Shown: in pieces, positions 6,650-15,580 of the stretch
Numbering within the stretch: the first letter of the stretch is position 1
Layout of the letters: every line of letters starts with the position of its first letter
Assembly: GCA_016213925.1 (NCBI GenBank)
Contig: JACQZH010000007.1
Location: 30,951 to 94,950 of the forward strand
Direction: 5' to 3'
DNA: 64,000 bases
Origin: Candidatus Omnitrophota bacterium
GTDB lineage: Bacteria; Omnitrophota; Gorgyraeia; B26-G9
Notes under the pieces: model-generated
Seen by the model: the letters and a program-made list of their open reading frames with translations, nothing else
What the model was told of the DNA's origin: nothing
Database searches by the model: none
Program-made: the position numbers and the translations under genes

Positions 6650-9610
6650 TTAATTTAATATAAATCCTTGATTGCCGCGCAAGATAAATCTTTTTACAGC
6701 ATGCCTGGTTTTATCCGCAGTATCTGTTCCGGTTAAAAAAAACGTAAAAATTACGGTGTCTGCCATTTCTTGTGCCTGCGGATTGGTATAAGAAATAATA
6801 TCGTAATTAGGAAACTGAACCGCCGTGTCTTGCGGGGAAAAGGAGTAAGAAAATTTCTCGTTATTGACCTCTAGAATCCCCTCATCCATTATCATCCCCG
6901 GCATAATCACGGTATAATAAACCTTAGCGTGGCGTAAGGGAGTTTTTATTGCGCCCTTTATCCTTAAAATGTCAGTATAATTTATTGAGAATCGCGCGGG
7001 CAAGTTAAGTTCGAGAATGTCATTTGGCGCGGAAGGCTCAACAGCATAAACAAAATATTTTCCGTCTCTAGTGCCGGCAAAATCGCCTTTTTTGTCCTTA
7101 TAACGGCAATTTCCTTCAACAGTATAAACTCCGGGTTCTTGTATTGGTATTTCCGCGCCTTCAGCAGCGGACATTTTTGCCAGGCCTATTTTATTTGTGA
7201 TGCCTTTGAATTCATATTGTTTTCCGCCGGGTGTAGTTATTTTTTTTAAACATTTAACATTAGCGATAGGAGGAAAAATCATTGCTCCGGCGCTTAAAAT
7301 ATCGCCGGTTTCAAAAATCATTCCGGCCAAAGGCGTGCCGGCATCAAAAAGATAATGCTTGCGGCCGTTAATCTCGAAAATCGGTTCAGCTAGAGGCGCG
7401 GATACTCTATTAGCAAAAGAACCTTTTGGGATAACCACGCCCATAGAGGCATAGATTCCATATAAATTAATTCCTTTTTTTAGATCACGATAGACAACAC
7501 CGCCCAAAAATTCATAAATATCCTGCGGCAAATCCCCGTTATAACTGTTGTTGATTTGCTCTCCGGCAAAGTTTCCGCCGCTTTGCCAATACGTGTCTCC
7601 CATAGGATGAGTGTCTTGGCTGACCATAAATCTGGCAGTAAGGCCGGGGCGGATTGCGCTCATATAGGCATAGGAGTGTTTGTCTAAGAATTCAGGATAT
7701 CCTTGCGGCTGGTATCCGTTTGTTGTTGTGGAAAAAGGAGCGATTCCTTTTGTTATTCCCGGGAATAGATTTTCTTTACAGCGCATTGTCAGGATAGGAC
7801 GAATGCCATTGTCTCCGGAGAAAGTATTTGCGATATAGAGAATATCGCCGGAATAATATGGAAAAGGGAACAGGGTACAGCAGGTGTAATTATTAGACAT
7901 AGGATTGTTGACCGTCATGAGTTGCCCTTCATAATTGCTATTATCCCTTGGCCCGATATCAGCGTGTATATGGGTGGAAGGGGACGCGCCATGCACGATG
8001 AGCGGTGAGTTTTTGGGAGCAACAACAGAACCGCTTTTTTGGCTGCCCATCCAAAAATTACCCTGGCTATCCGTATAGAACGCTGTAATTGTGGAAAGAT
8101 ATTCTCCTGGGCAGTCAAAAATCATTTTTTCAAATTTTTCTTTCGGGTAAAAGTACCCGTAACGGTTAGCTGCTCCTTCGATAACAACTTTTTTTATATC
8201 CTGCTTGCTGGAATTTCTATAAAAGGCAATATCTACTTTTACCTTGGCTGGGCAAGGCGGATGGATGATGACCGACGGAGGATATCCATCGCCCACTTCA
8301 AACGGAGTGCCTGGCTTTACGCTGGTGGCAAAAGTTAAGCGGTTCGCAACCCACACTTCGTATGTTCCGCCGCCGGTATATGTATTGCCCCAAACATCAG
8401 AGATCCAGCCGGTTAATTCAATTGAGTATTTGCCTTGCAAGGAAAACTGATAGCCGAACTTATCGGAATTTGAAGAAGCCCCGGTCGTAGATTGGGATTG
8501 AAATTTTTCTGTGCCGAGAATATCTTTTGTCCCGTCAGGTTTTGTGACAACAACCGAAAGCTCGCCGGATTGATAATTTAAAGGAATAGGAGTTTGAAAA
8601 TCCCATTTTGATCCCTGCTCTAGTTTTAGAAGCGGTTTTGCGAACATAGTAGGGAAATCAGGTTCAAGGATATATTTTGTTGTTTCCTGAGGTGTTTTTA
8701 ACGGAGGAAGAATGAATTCAGCAGGGATAATATGCCGGGAATTAAATTGAAAATTATCCGCGTCTTCTTTCGCGACTACTCCTTGAGTGCCATTGCTGAA
8801 ATATTTTGTAAGCAGTGTCCAGATCATCTTTGGCATAACAGGATTGCCGACTTTGATTACCGGAAGGTACGAAGATGTCCTTAGAATTATAGATTGATCC
8901 CAGTCAGAATAAATAGACGATGTTTTAGCGTATAGAGGCAAAAAGTTTACCCGATGAAAATAGCGGTGTTTTTTACAGAGGGCGGTAATTTGAAAGCGGT
9001 AATACCCTTCGGGAAAATCGGTTTTTATAATATCCTGGAACTTAAAATTAGCCTGCAGTTCTTCAGCGTTGATTTTTAAATTTGATTTTGGCGCAAAAGC
9101 ATATTTATAAAATGGCGCAGAATTGCTGTATCCTGAAAACCGGTTTTCAGGGGCTAAAGAATCGATATATTCGACAAATTTTAAATCCTCATATTCTGTC
9201 GCGCTAAAGTCGTAGTTTTCAATGGGCAGTCCCGAGGGGGTTAATACTGTGGAATTATAGTTATTTGTGAATTGATGATAACGGCCTTGTTTATCAAAAA
9301 TTCTTTCCGCGCGTAAAAGGATATAAATGCCGTCAAGCTCCTTGATGACTTCAATGGCCTGCCTGGATTTTACTTGTAAGCGTACCTGTATTTCGATATT
9401 ATCATTAAAATTAAAATCGTTTTTGTTTATCGAGGTTTCAAAGCTTAATTCGCCATCGCCAAGAATTTTTTCCGAAAAATCAAAACAAACGGGATCAGCG
9501 AATAAGAATACAGGAGAGCTAATCAAGGCAAAACAGAGGACAGGAAAAACAAAAACCGTTAGAAAAAAGTTTTTTTTGATAAGCATGGCAATCTTTCTTA
9601 ATTTCCGCAA
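6650..9610 (-). CDS. Large (986 aa) secreted or membrane-anchored protein of unknown function, co-oriented with and abutting the diheme cytochrome c.
   Basis: Long intact ORF, N-terminal TM/signal, no recognisable catalytic motif. A 1-nt gap to the downstream cytochrome gene implies an operon. Confidence 0.55.
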   Translation of the reverse strand: MRKLRKIAMLIKKNFFLTVFVFPVLCFALISSPVFLFADPVCFDFSEKILGDGELSFETSINKNDFNFNDNIEIQVRLQVKSRQAIEVIKELDGIYILLRAERIFDKQGRYHQFTNNYNSTVLTPSGLPIENYDFSATEYEDLKFVEYIDSLAPENRFSGYSNSAPFYKYAFAPKSNLKINAEELQANFKFQDIIKTDFPEGYYRFQITALCKKHRYFHRVNFLPLYAKTSSIYSDWDQSIILRTSSYLPVIKVGNPVMPKMIWTLLTKYFSNGTQGVVAKEDADNFQFNSRHIIPAEFILPPLKTPQETTKYILEPDFPTMFAKPLLKLEQGSKWDFQTPIPLNYQSGELSVVVTKPDGTKDILGTEKFQSQSTTGASSNSDKFGYQFSLQGKYSIELTGWISDVWGNTYTGGGTYEVWVANRLTFATSVKPGTPFEVGDGYPPSVIIHPPCPAKVKVDIAFYRNSSKQDIKKVVIEGAANRYGYFYPKEKFEKMIFDCPGEYLSTITAFYTDSQGNFWMGSQKSGSVVAPKNSPLIVHGASPSTHIHADIGPRDNSNYEGQLMTVNNPMSNNYTCCTLFPFPYYSGDILYIANTFSGDNGIRPILTMRCKENLFPGITKGIAPFSTTTNGYQPQGYPEFLDKHSYAYMSAIRPGLTARFMVSQDTHPMGDTYWQSGGNFAGEQINNSYNGDLPQDIYEFLGGVVYRDLKKGINLYGIYASMGVVIPKGSFANRVSAPLAEPIFEINGRKHYLFDAGTPLAGMIFETGDILSAGAMIFPPIANVKCLKKITTPGGKQYEFKGITNKIGLAKMSAAEGAEIPIQEPGVYTVEGNCRYKDKKGDFAGTRDGKYFVYAVEPSAPNDILELNLPARFSINYTDILRIKGAIKTPLRHAKVYYTVIMPGMIMDEGILEVNNEKFSYSFSPQDTAVQFPNYDIISYTNPQAQEMADTVIFTFFLTGTDTADKTRHAVKRFILRGNQGFILN

Positions 9611-10176
9611 AATACCGGATATATGATATAATAATAAAAACTATTTTTCAACGGAGCATTTTTTTAGGGTTGAAAATAAAGAAATTCAGGCGAGAAAAGA
9701 AACTAGCGCTTATAAATAAAGGATAAAGATATCTCGCTCTAAAAACAGAGCTTGATATCCGCTCGATTTTCTACAAAAATCTCGCGGAGAGTTGGCAGAC
9801 GAAGCCCCGCAGATTTGTTCTGCGCAAGCAGAACGTTGCGGGAAAAACGGTTTATTCTTAATAAGGGTGATAAAAATTACATAACCATTTGTGGCGTAAA
9901 GTAATCGAAGAATTTTACGCTCAGCACCAATTTTTTCGCTGAAAAACAGCGCAACCGGTAAATCCATACTGTGTTTTTGGCGTGCTGGAACTCGCCCGTC
10001 GGCTTGCGCCAGATGGGCTTGAGACATCCATCGCGCCCAAAAGGGTACCCAAAAACACAGCATGTATTTACCTAAATTGGTGAATTCGCTTAAAAATTTT
10101 CGATTACTTTTGCAACTTAAATACGAAAGCGGAAAAACCGTTGGAATAAGGTGGATTGAAATGAAAGATAGTTAGC

Positions 10177-10266
10177 GGAGAGTTGGCAGAGCGGCCGAAT
10201 GCGGCGGTCTCGAAAACCGTTATCCGGGTAACTGGATCAGGGGTTCGAATCCTCTACTCTCCGCCA
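10177..10266 (+). tRNA. tRNA-Ser (anticodon CGA), class II with long variable arm, CCA encoded.
   Basis: Acceptor GGAGAGU/ACUCUCC, anticodon loop CUCGAAA, long variable arm, T-loop UUCGAAU, discriminator G + CCA. Confidence 0.85.
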
Positions 10267-10645
10267 TTTTTACCGACAAGGTAAAAATGAAGGATGCCGA
10301 GAAGGCCGAAGCGAGCCGGCAAGGCGAGCCGGCCGCAGCGGCGACGCCATAAATTTTTTGGCAAAAATGGCGTTTCAATATGCTTAACGCATATTGAAAG
10401 TATCCTTTTGCGGGGAAAACAGCTAAAAGTAAACTTTTTCCTGTTTCCCCGCAATTACGTCTACAGCGGCCGGGCAATCCGAGCTCGCAAGCAAGCTCTT
10501 CTTGTCCCTGCCTACATTACGATTACAAGCGTGCTCAAATAAGTTTCTTAGTGATTAGGTTTGAAGTGAAGTCAAAATTATCTTGAGATTGGAACAGTCT
10601 GGGAGTATTATTAATAATATAAAGACTTGTAAACAGTGAGGAAAC

Positions 10646-11506
10646 ATGAATAAAGAAATAACCGCGACTAAAATAGCAATTTTCAGAAAACGCGAAATCC
10701 GCAGGACTATTCATAAGGATGAATGGTGGTTTTCAGTGATTGATATAGTAGAAGCGCTTACGGGCACTAATAGGGGTAGAAAATATTGGAGCGATCTTAA
10801 GAAAAAGCTTATTGAAGAAGGGTATAGTGAAGTGTCCGAAAAAATCGGACAGTTGAAAATGATAGCTCCAGCTGGGAAATTAAGGCTTACGGATTGCGCT
10901 AATACAGAAACAATGTTTCGCATAGTACAGTCTATCCCATCTCCGAAAGCCGAACCTTTTAAGCGGTGGTTGGCTCGGGTCGGTTACGAGCGAATTCAGG
11001 AAATTGAGCACCCAGAGCTTGCCACAAAAAGGACAAGGGCGTTATATAAGGCTAAAGGGTATAGCGATGAATGGATCGAGAAACGAATGCGTGGAATTGC
11101 TATCCGTGAGGAGTTAACTGAGCAGTGGCAGAAGCGCGGCATTAAAGAGAAAAAGGGATACGAAATATTGACCGCTGACATATCGAAAGCGACATTTGGC
11201 ATGACCCCATTGGCTTACAAGAAACACAAGGGGCTTAAGCGTGAAAATCTGCGGGATCACATGACTGATCTTGAACTTATCTTTTCAATGCTTGGTGAGG
11301 CATCAACGAAAGAGATCGCCATTAATAAAGATGCTCAAGGGTTTGGGGAGAACAAACAGGCGGCGTTTGAAGGCGGCGCTGTGGCTGGCAACGCAAGAAA
11401 AGAGCTTGAGCGCAAAAGCGGCAAAAGAGTTATTAGCAAAGAAAATTATAAAAGATTACCGCAGAATAAGAAGCTGTTAAGAGTGGATAGTAGTTTCGAC
11501 AAGTAG
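10646..11506 (+). CDS. Bro-N domain / DinD-like (DNA-damage-inducible protein D family, phage antirepressor-like) protein.
   Basis: N-terminal IRRTIHKDEWWFSVIDIVEAL ... YWSDL resembles the Bro-N/DinD pattern; the central KHKGLKRENLRDHMTDLEL resembles DinD. Confidence 0.55.
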   Translation: MNKEITATKIAIFRKREIRRTIHKDEWWFSVIDIVEALTGTNRGRKYWSDLKKKLIEEGYSEVSEKIGQLKMIAPAGKLRLTDCANTETMFRIVQSIPSPKAEPFKRWLARVGYERIQEIEHPELATKRTRALYKAKGYSDEWIEKRMRGIAIREELTEQWQKRGIKEKKGYEILTADISKATFGMTPLAYKKHKGLKRENLRDHMTDLELIFSMLGEASTKEIAINKDAQGFGENKQAAFEGGAVAGNARKELERKSGKRVISKENYKRLPQNKKLLRVDSSFDK

Positions 11507-11586
11507 TTGAATTTCTTGGAGAGGCATGGCTCGCCTTCTGTCCGCGGCTACCTGCCATTTTATGCAAAAGGTGGACTATTTAAAGT

Positions 11587-11865
11587 ATGTTTAATGAAAA
11601 AAGAAAAATTGTCTTAATTTCAAGCGTACTGATTCTTTTTTTAAGTGGATTTTTATATTTATACAAAAACTGCTTTGATGTTATCTGTTTCTATTTCGCA
11701 ATCTTTGCCGGTGTAGGAATATTTTTAGGGGCTATTGATTATCTGAAATTTAAATTTGTGAAATTTATTCAAATCGGAATCCTGGTGGTGTTCATAATAT
11801 GGTCGATTCTATTTTTTGTTATGTTAATACTAATGGCCTCCGGAAGAATAGGCCATCCAAGTTGA
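11587..11865 (+). CDS. Small integral membrane protein (about 3 TM), hypothetical.
   Basis: Hydrophobic ORF directly upstream of and co-oriented with a larger membrane protein. Confidence 0.4.
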   Translation: MFNEKRKIVLISSVLILFLSGFLYLYKNCFDVICFYFAIFAGVGIFLGAIDYLKFKFVKFIQIGILVVFIIWSILFFVMLILMASGRIGHPS

Positions 11866-11886
11866 GAGCACAATGATGGATAATAT

Positions 11887-13167
11887 ATGAAATTTTTTAA
11901 AAAATATTTTGACAGTTATTGGATTCCTTTTGCCTTCTATATTATTGTTTTGCTGGCGGGAATGTTATGCGGCATGGTTTTTCGTTCGATGTACTTGGTA
12001 TTAGTAATGCAAGCGGTAAATATGTTCTTTTTTGCGGGAATGATCGCTGCTTCCATCTGGAACTTTAGAAAGAAACGCTGGAAAAAAGGGATTTCTAATT
12101 TAATCTTCCCTCTTTTAAACTTTGGCATGATTTTTATAGTTTTGTCTATGTTTGGGCATAGTGGAGATAAATTTGCCGATAACCTGGTAATCCCGGATAA
12201 TATAGATATAGCTGAGCCGGGAAATTGGAACAACTCACCTGAAAGCAAAGAGCAGGATGCATATCAAAAAGATATCTTGGATGCGCTTAACATTGCCGGA
12301 AGTGATGATGTATTGATTAGGGCTAATCTTCCTTCATTAATTAAACTAAACCAGAATGCTCCGGATATTTTTAAACGTTATCTTGCGGTTAGCCCTGCCT
12401 GGAGGCTATATCAGGAGCGCGGGAAATTATTCGCGACGCGAAGATGGATGATAGGTTCTCAATGGCGTTATACGTTACACGGTTATTATACGCGTTTTGA
12501 ATTATTCGATAAGGATATGCCTGATTTTCAAAATAGATTTTGTATTGGATTTTCAGGGAAACCCTGGCATGAAGCGTCAAGAACAACTTTTCTTAAAGAA
12601 GGACAATCAGCAAAATTGATATTATCAAAAGGCAATCAGATGAATGAAAGCCACTGTGTGATTAATGCCGATAGCTTATTTGTAGAAGTGTTTGAACAAT
12701 CTAAATTCAAAGAACGCCGTTTAACCAAGTCAGCTTTAGCTTATCTTGAAAAAGAATTGAACCCGTTGTTAGAACAGCCAACCTGGGGCAAAATCAAGGA
12801 GCTTATTCCCGCTAATAGCATTAAAAACTCAGAGCCGTCAATTAATCTTTGGGGCTCAGGAGGAATATATGATTCTGAGATCTGGGTTAATCCGGGAGAG
12901 CCGGGGATGATCTATCTTAAGGCATTTGAAGTTACTAAAAATACCCGTTTATCTGCTGAAGAGTTAAAGGAAAGTTCTAACGAATGGATCGGATGGTCTG
13001 AAGATTATAATGAAGTATTCTTTTCAAACACCAATTTTATGATTTATGAAGGAGACTGGAGTAAGCCTTACGCGGCGCGTTTTGAAGTATGGTTTGTTCC
13101 TGATTCCAAAGCCCCAGAAAGAAAGCTTATGGAAAGAGTATTCAAGATTGAAGGATGGCAAAGATAA
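11887..13167 (+). CDS. Membrane-anchored hypothetical protein (N-terminal TM helices + about 330-aa soluble domain).
   Basis: Intact 426-aa ORF with no recognised motifs. Confidence 0.5.
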   Translation: MKFFKKYFDSYWIPFAFYIIVLLAGMLCGMVFRSMYLVLVMQAVNMFFFAGMIAASIWNFRKKRWKKGISNLIFPLLNFGMIFIVLSMFGHSGDKFADNLVIPDNIDIAEPGNWNNSPESKEQDAYQKDILDALNIAGSDDVLIRANLPSLIKLNQNAPDIFKRYLAVSPAWRLYQERGKLFATRRWMIGSQWRYTLHGYYTRFELFDKDMPDFQNRFCIGFSGKPWHEASRTTFLKEGQSAKLILSKGNQMNESHCVINADSLFVEVFEQSKFKERRLTKSALAYLEKELNPLLEQPTWGKIKELIPANSIKNSEPSINLWGSGGIYDSEIWVNPGEPGMIYLKAFEVTKNTRLSAEELKESSNEWIGWSEDYNEVFFSNTNFMIYEGDWSKPYAARFEVWFVPDSKAPERKLMERVFKIEGWQR

Positions 13168-13605
13168 GTTTGTTTTAATTGGGATTATAAAACGCGGTAT
13201 AGTTAATGATTACGGCGGCTAACAGGCAGCCGCAGGCTGTGCCGGGCTAAAAATATCTTGACAAAATTTGTAGATATTGCAGAATAATAGTAAGCATGGA
13301 AGTTGCTGTAATTTGTTGAGATTTGGCATAAGTTAAGATAAACCCGAAATTCGCAATAGAAATTATCTATCGACTAAATCCGGCCGCACGAAAAAGTGTG
13401 GGCAGATTTAGTTATTGCAAAATCCAGGATAATTATGATGATATCAGGGGATGATTTAATCATTCTCTTTTTTTTATACCCCGCGGCCTAAACACAAAAT
13501 ATTTATTGCCTTGAGTCCAAATTATGCTATATAATGCAAAGCGTGCAAAGGAAAGCAGATTTGTCCTAAAACTACTATTCAGACATAGAGACGGAGGCGG
13601 TTTCA

Positions 13606-13794
13606 ATGAATATCATAAAGCAATTAGAACTATACCGACTCGAAAACAGGATTACGCAGGTTGATTTGGCAAATGAATTAAAAGTTGCCTTTTCAACAGT
13701 CAGCCGCTGGCTCAACGGTAAAACCACGCCGAATAAGATTCAACAGTATCATATAGAAAAGTTTTTAACTCGGCATAAAAAGGATAGCAAATGA
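13606..13794 (+). CDS. XRE-family (Cro/C1-type) helix-turn-helix transcriptional regulator, 62 aa.
   Basis: ITQVDLANELKVAFSTVSRWLNG is a canonical HTH_XRE. Its stop overlaps the start of the next gene (ATGA). Confidence 0.7.
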   Translation: MNIIKQLELYRLENRITQVDLANELKVAFSTVSRWLNGKTTPNKIQQYHIEKFLTRHKKDSK

Positions 13795-15169
13795 AATTTA
13801 CAGAAAGCGAAATCGTAGAACTCAAAACATCGACATCAGAACTCAAAGAGGCGATCATTTCTTTGGGAGCCATGTTGAACAAGCATGGCAAGGGCACAGT
13901 TTATTTCGGCATCGGTGATGATGGTGCCGTTTTGGGACAACAGATCGGCAAATCAACCTTAAAAGATGTTTCAAAAGCCATCAGTGATTGGATTGAGCCT
14001 AAGATTTATCCGGATATTCAGGCCAAGAAAATACAAGGCAAGGACTGCATTGTTGTTAAAGCCAGCGGACATGATGTCGTGTATTCGGCCCGCGGCAGTA
14101 CTATCTACGTATGGGAGAGGAAGACAAGAAGCTTTCGGTAGATGAATTGAGGCATTTGGTTGAAAAGAAAAATAACTATGCCTATTCCTGGGGTGCCGAG
14201 CTTTCTGATTTTTCGCTGTCCAAGGTTAGTGCCGCGACCGTTAAGAAGTTCGTTGAGAAAGGACGCAAAGCCGGGAGGATTGAATATTCTTATGATTCGG
14301 CGCGCAATGTCCTTAATAAAATTCACCTGTTTAAAGGCAAAAAATTGCTTAACGCGGGACGGGCGCTCTTTTGTGAAGACAGCGGTGTTGAAGTTCAAGC
14401 GGCTGTCTTTGCCGGAAAAGATAAAATGACGTTCGTCGATATTCAGAGTTTTCGCGGCCCTTTTTTTGATTTGATCGAACGGTGCGAAGTTTACGCCAAA
14501 GAGCACATTAACTGGTGCGCCGATCTTTCCGGGAGCACAAGGATCGAGATTCCGGAGGTTCCTGTCCGTGCTATGAAGGAAGCCATTACAAATTCCCTCT
14601 GCCACAGGGATTTTAACAACCCCAAAAGTAATGAAGTCGCCATCTATCGAGACAGGATCGAAATTTACAACCCCGGGCAGTTTCTTTTTGACCATGATCC
14701 GGATGAGTTCATCGCAGGCCATGGGAAAAGCTATCCTAGAAATCCACTGATTGCGGAAGCTTTTTATCTGGCTAAGGATATTGAGCGGTGAGGCTCAGGG
14801 TTGCGGCGTATCAAGGAAGAATGCGATGCCGCGGGCGTGAAAGTTGCGTTTGAGAAAGTATCTGCCGGGTTTCAGGTAACGTTTTATCGGTTGGAGGGGA
14901 AAATCGTTCCTAAAGAAGCAGAGAAAAGTAGGGAGAAAAGTAGGGAGAAAAGTAGGGAGAAAAGTAGGGAGAAAAGTAGGGAGAAAAGTAGGGAGAAAAT
15001 TCTTAAGCTTGTGATCAGTAATCCGTCGATTACCGCGCAGGAGCTTGCAGACAGCGTAGGCTTGAGCGTTAAGGGGATAGAGAAGGCGATAAGAGTACTT
15101 AAAGAACAGGGTTTATTAAAACGTGTCGGGCCCGATAAGGGCGGGCATTGGGAAGTGGCAAAAGGTTAA
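13791..15169 (+). pseudogene. Schlafen/AlbA_2 + HATPase_c_4 + C-terminal winged-HTH protein ('RecG-like putative DNA-binding' family), disrupted by a frameshift near 14100-14115 and an in-frame TGA at 14789-14791.
   Basis: Three consecutive ORFs (13791-14141, 14111-14791, 14801-15169) together reconstitute the family architecture. The TGA falls in a DIER-TGA-GSGLRRI motif where family members have a conserved Trp (IERWGSG), consistent with a TGG to TGA mutation. Confidence 0.6.
14921..15000 (+). repeat. 12-bp tandem repeat (agtagggagaaa, about 6.6 copies) encoding (SREK)n in the linker before the winged-HTH.
   Basis: Perfect tandem copies read directly from the sequence. Confidence 0.9.
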
Positions 15170-15580
15170 TCATGGGAACGACAACATTTTTTCTTAGACT
15201 TAATGATTGCGCAAAGCCGTTGCACAAAATGAGCAAGAAAGAATTGGCAGAATTAAATAATGTCACCCCTTACGCTGATAAAGCTTATAAAGGGGGCTGG
15301 CTGGTTTCACCGGAATTTACACCGATCGAGTCTCTTCTGCTAAGAGCTGAACTGTTACAACGCAAGAGAGTTTCTCATCTTGAAATATCTTCCAAGCTGT
15401 TGTAAAAGCAGTTTTGAGAAAAAAGATATAATACTTTACAATTAAAACAGTTGTAAATGCGAGCGCATTCCCAAGTTGACAACTACACGTTATTATGTTG
15501 ACAATAGACACGGATTATGTTTACATTATGTTAAGAATAAGTTGACAAAAACAAAAAAGGATATTTAAGAGAGTATTGTT

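Noticed and set aside
9710-10063. 117-aa minus-strand ORF between the pseudo-tRNA fragment and tRNA-Ser.
   Set aside because: It has no start context or motif, lies in a region dominated by inverted repeats, and is more likely non-coding.
14789-14791. In-frame TGA at a conserved Trp considered as evidence for UGA-to-Trp/Gly genetic-code reassignment or selenocysteine.
   Set aside because: All other long genes (fusA, glgP, mutS, mutL, the 986-aa ORF) are uninterrupted under the standard code, the same gene also has a frameshift, and the position expects Trp rather than Cys/Sec.
14921-15000. Tandem 12-bp repeat considered as a possible CRISPR-like or minisatellite locus.
   Set aside because: The units are contiguous with no spacers, are in frame inside a coding linker (SREK)n, and no cas genes or repeat-spacer periodicity exist anywhere in the window.
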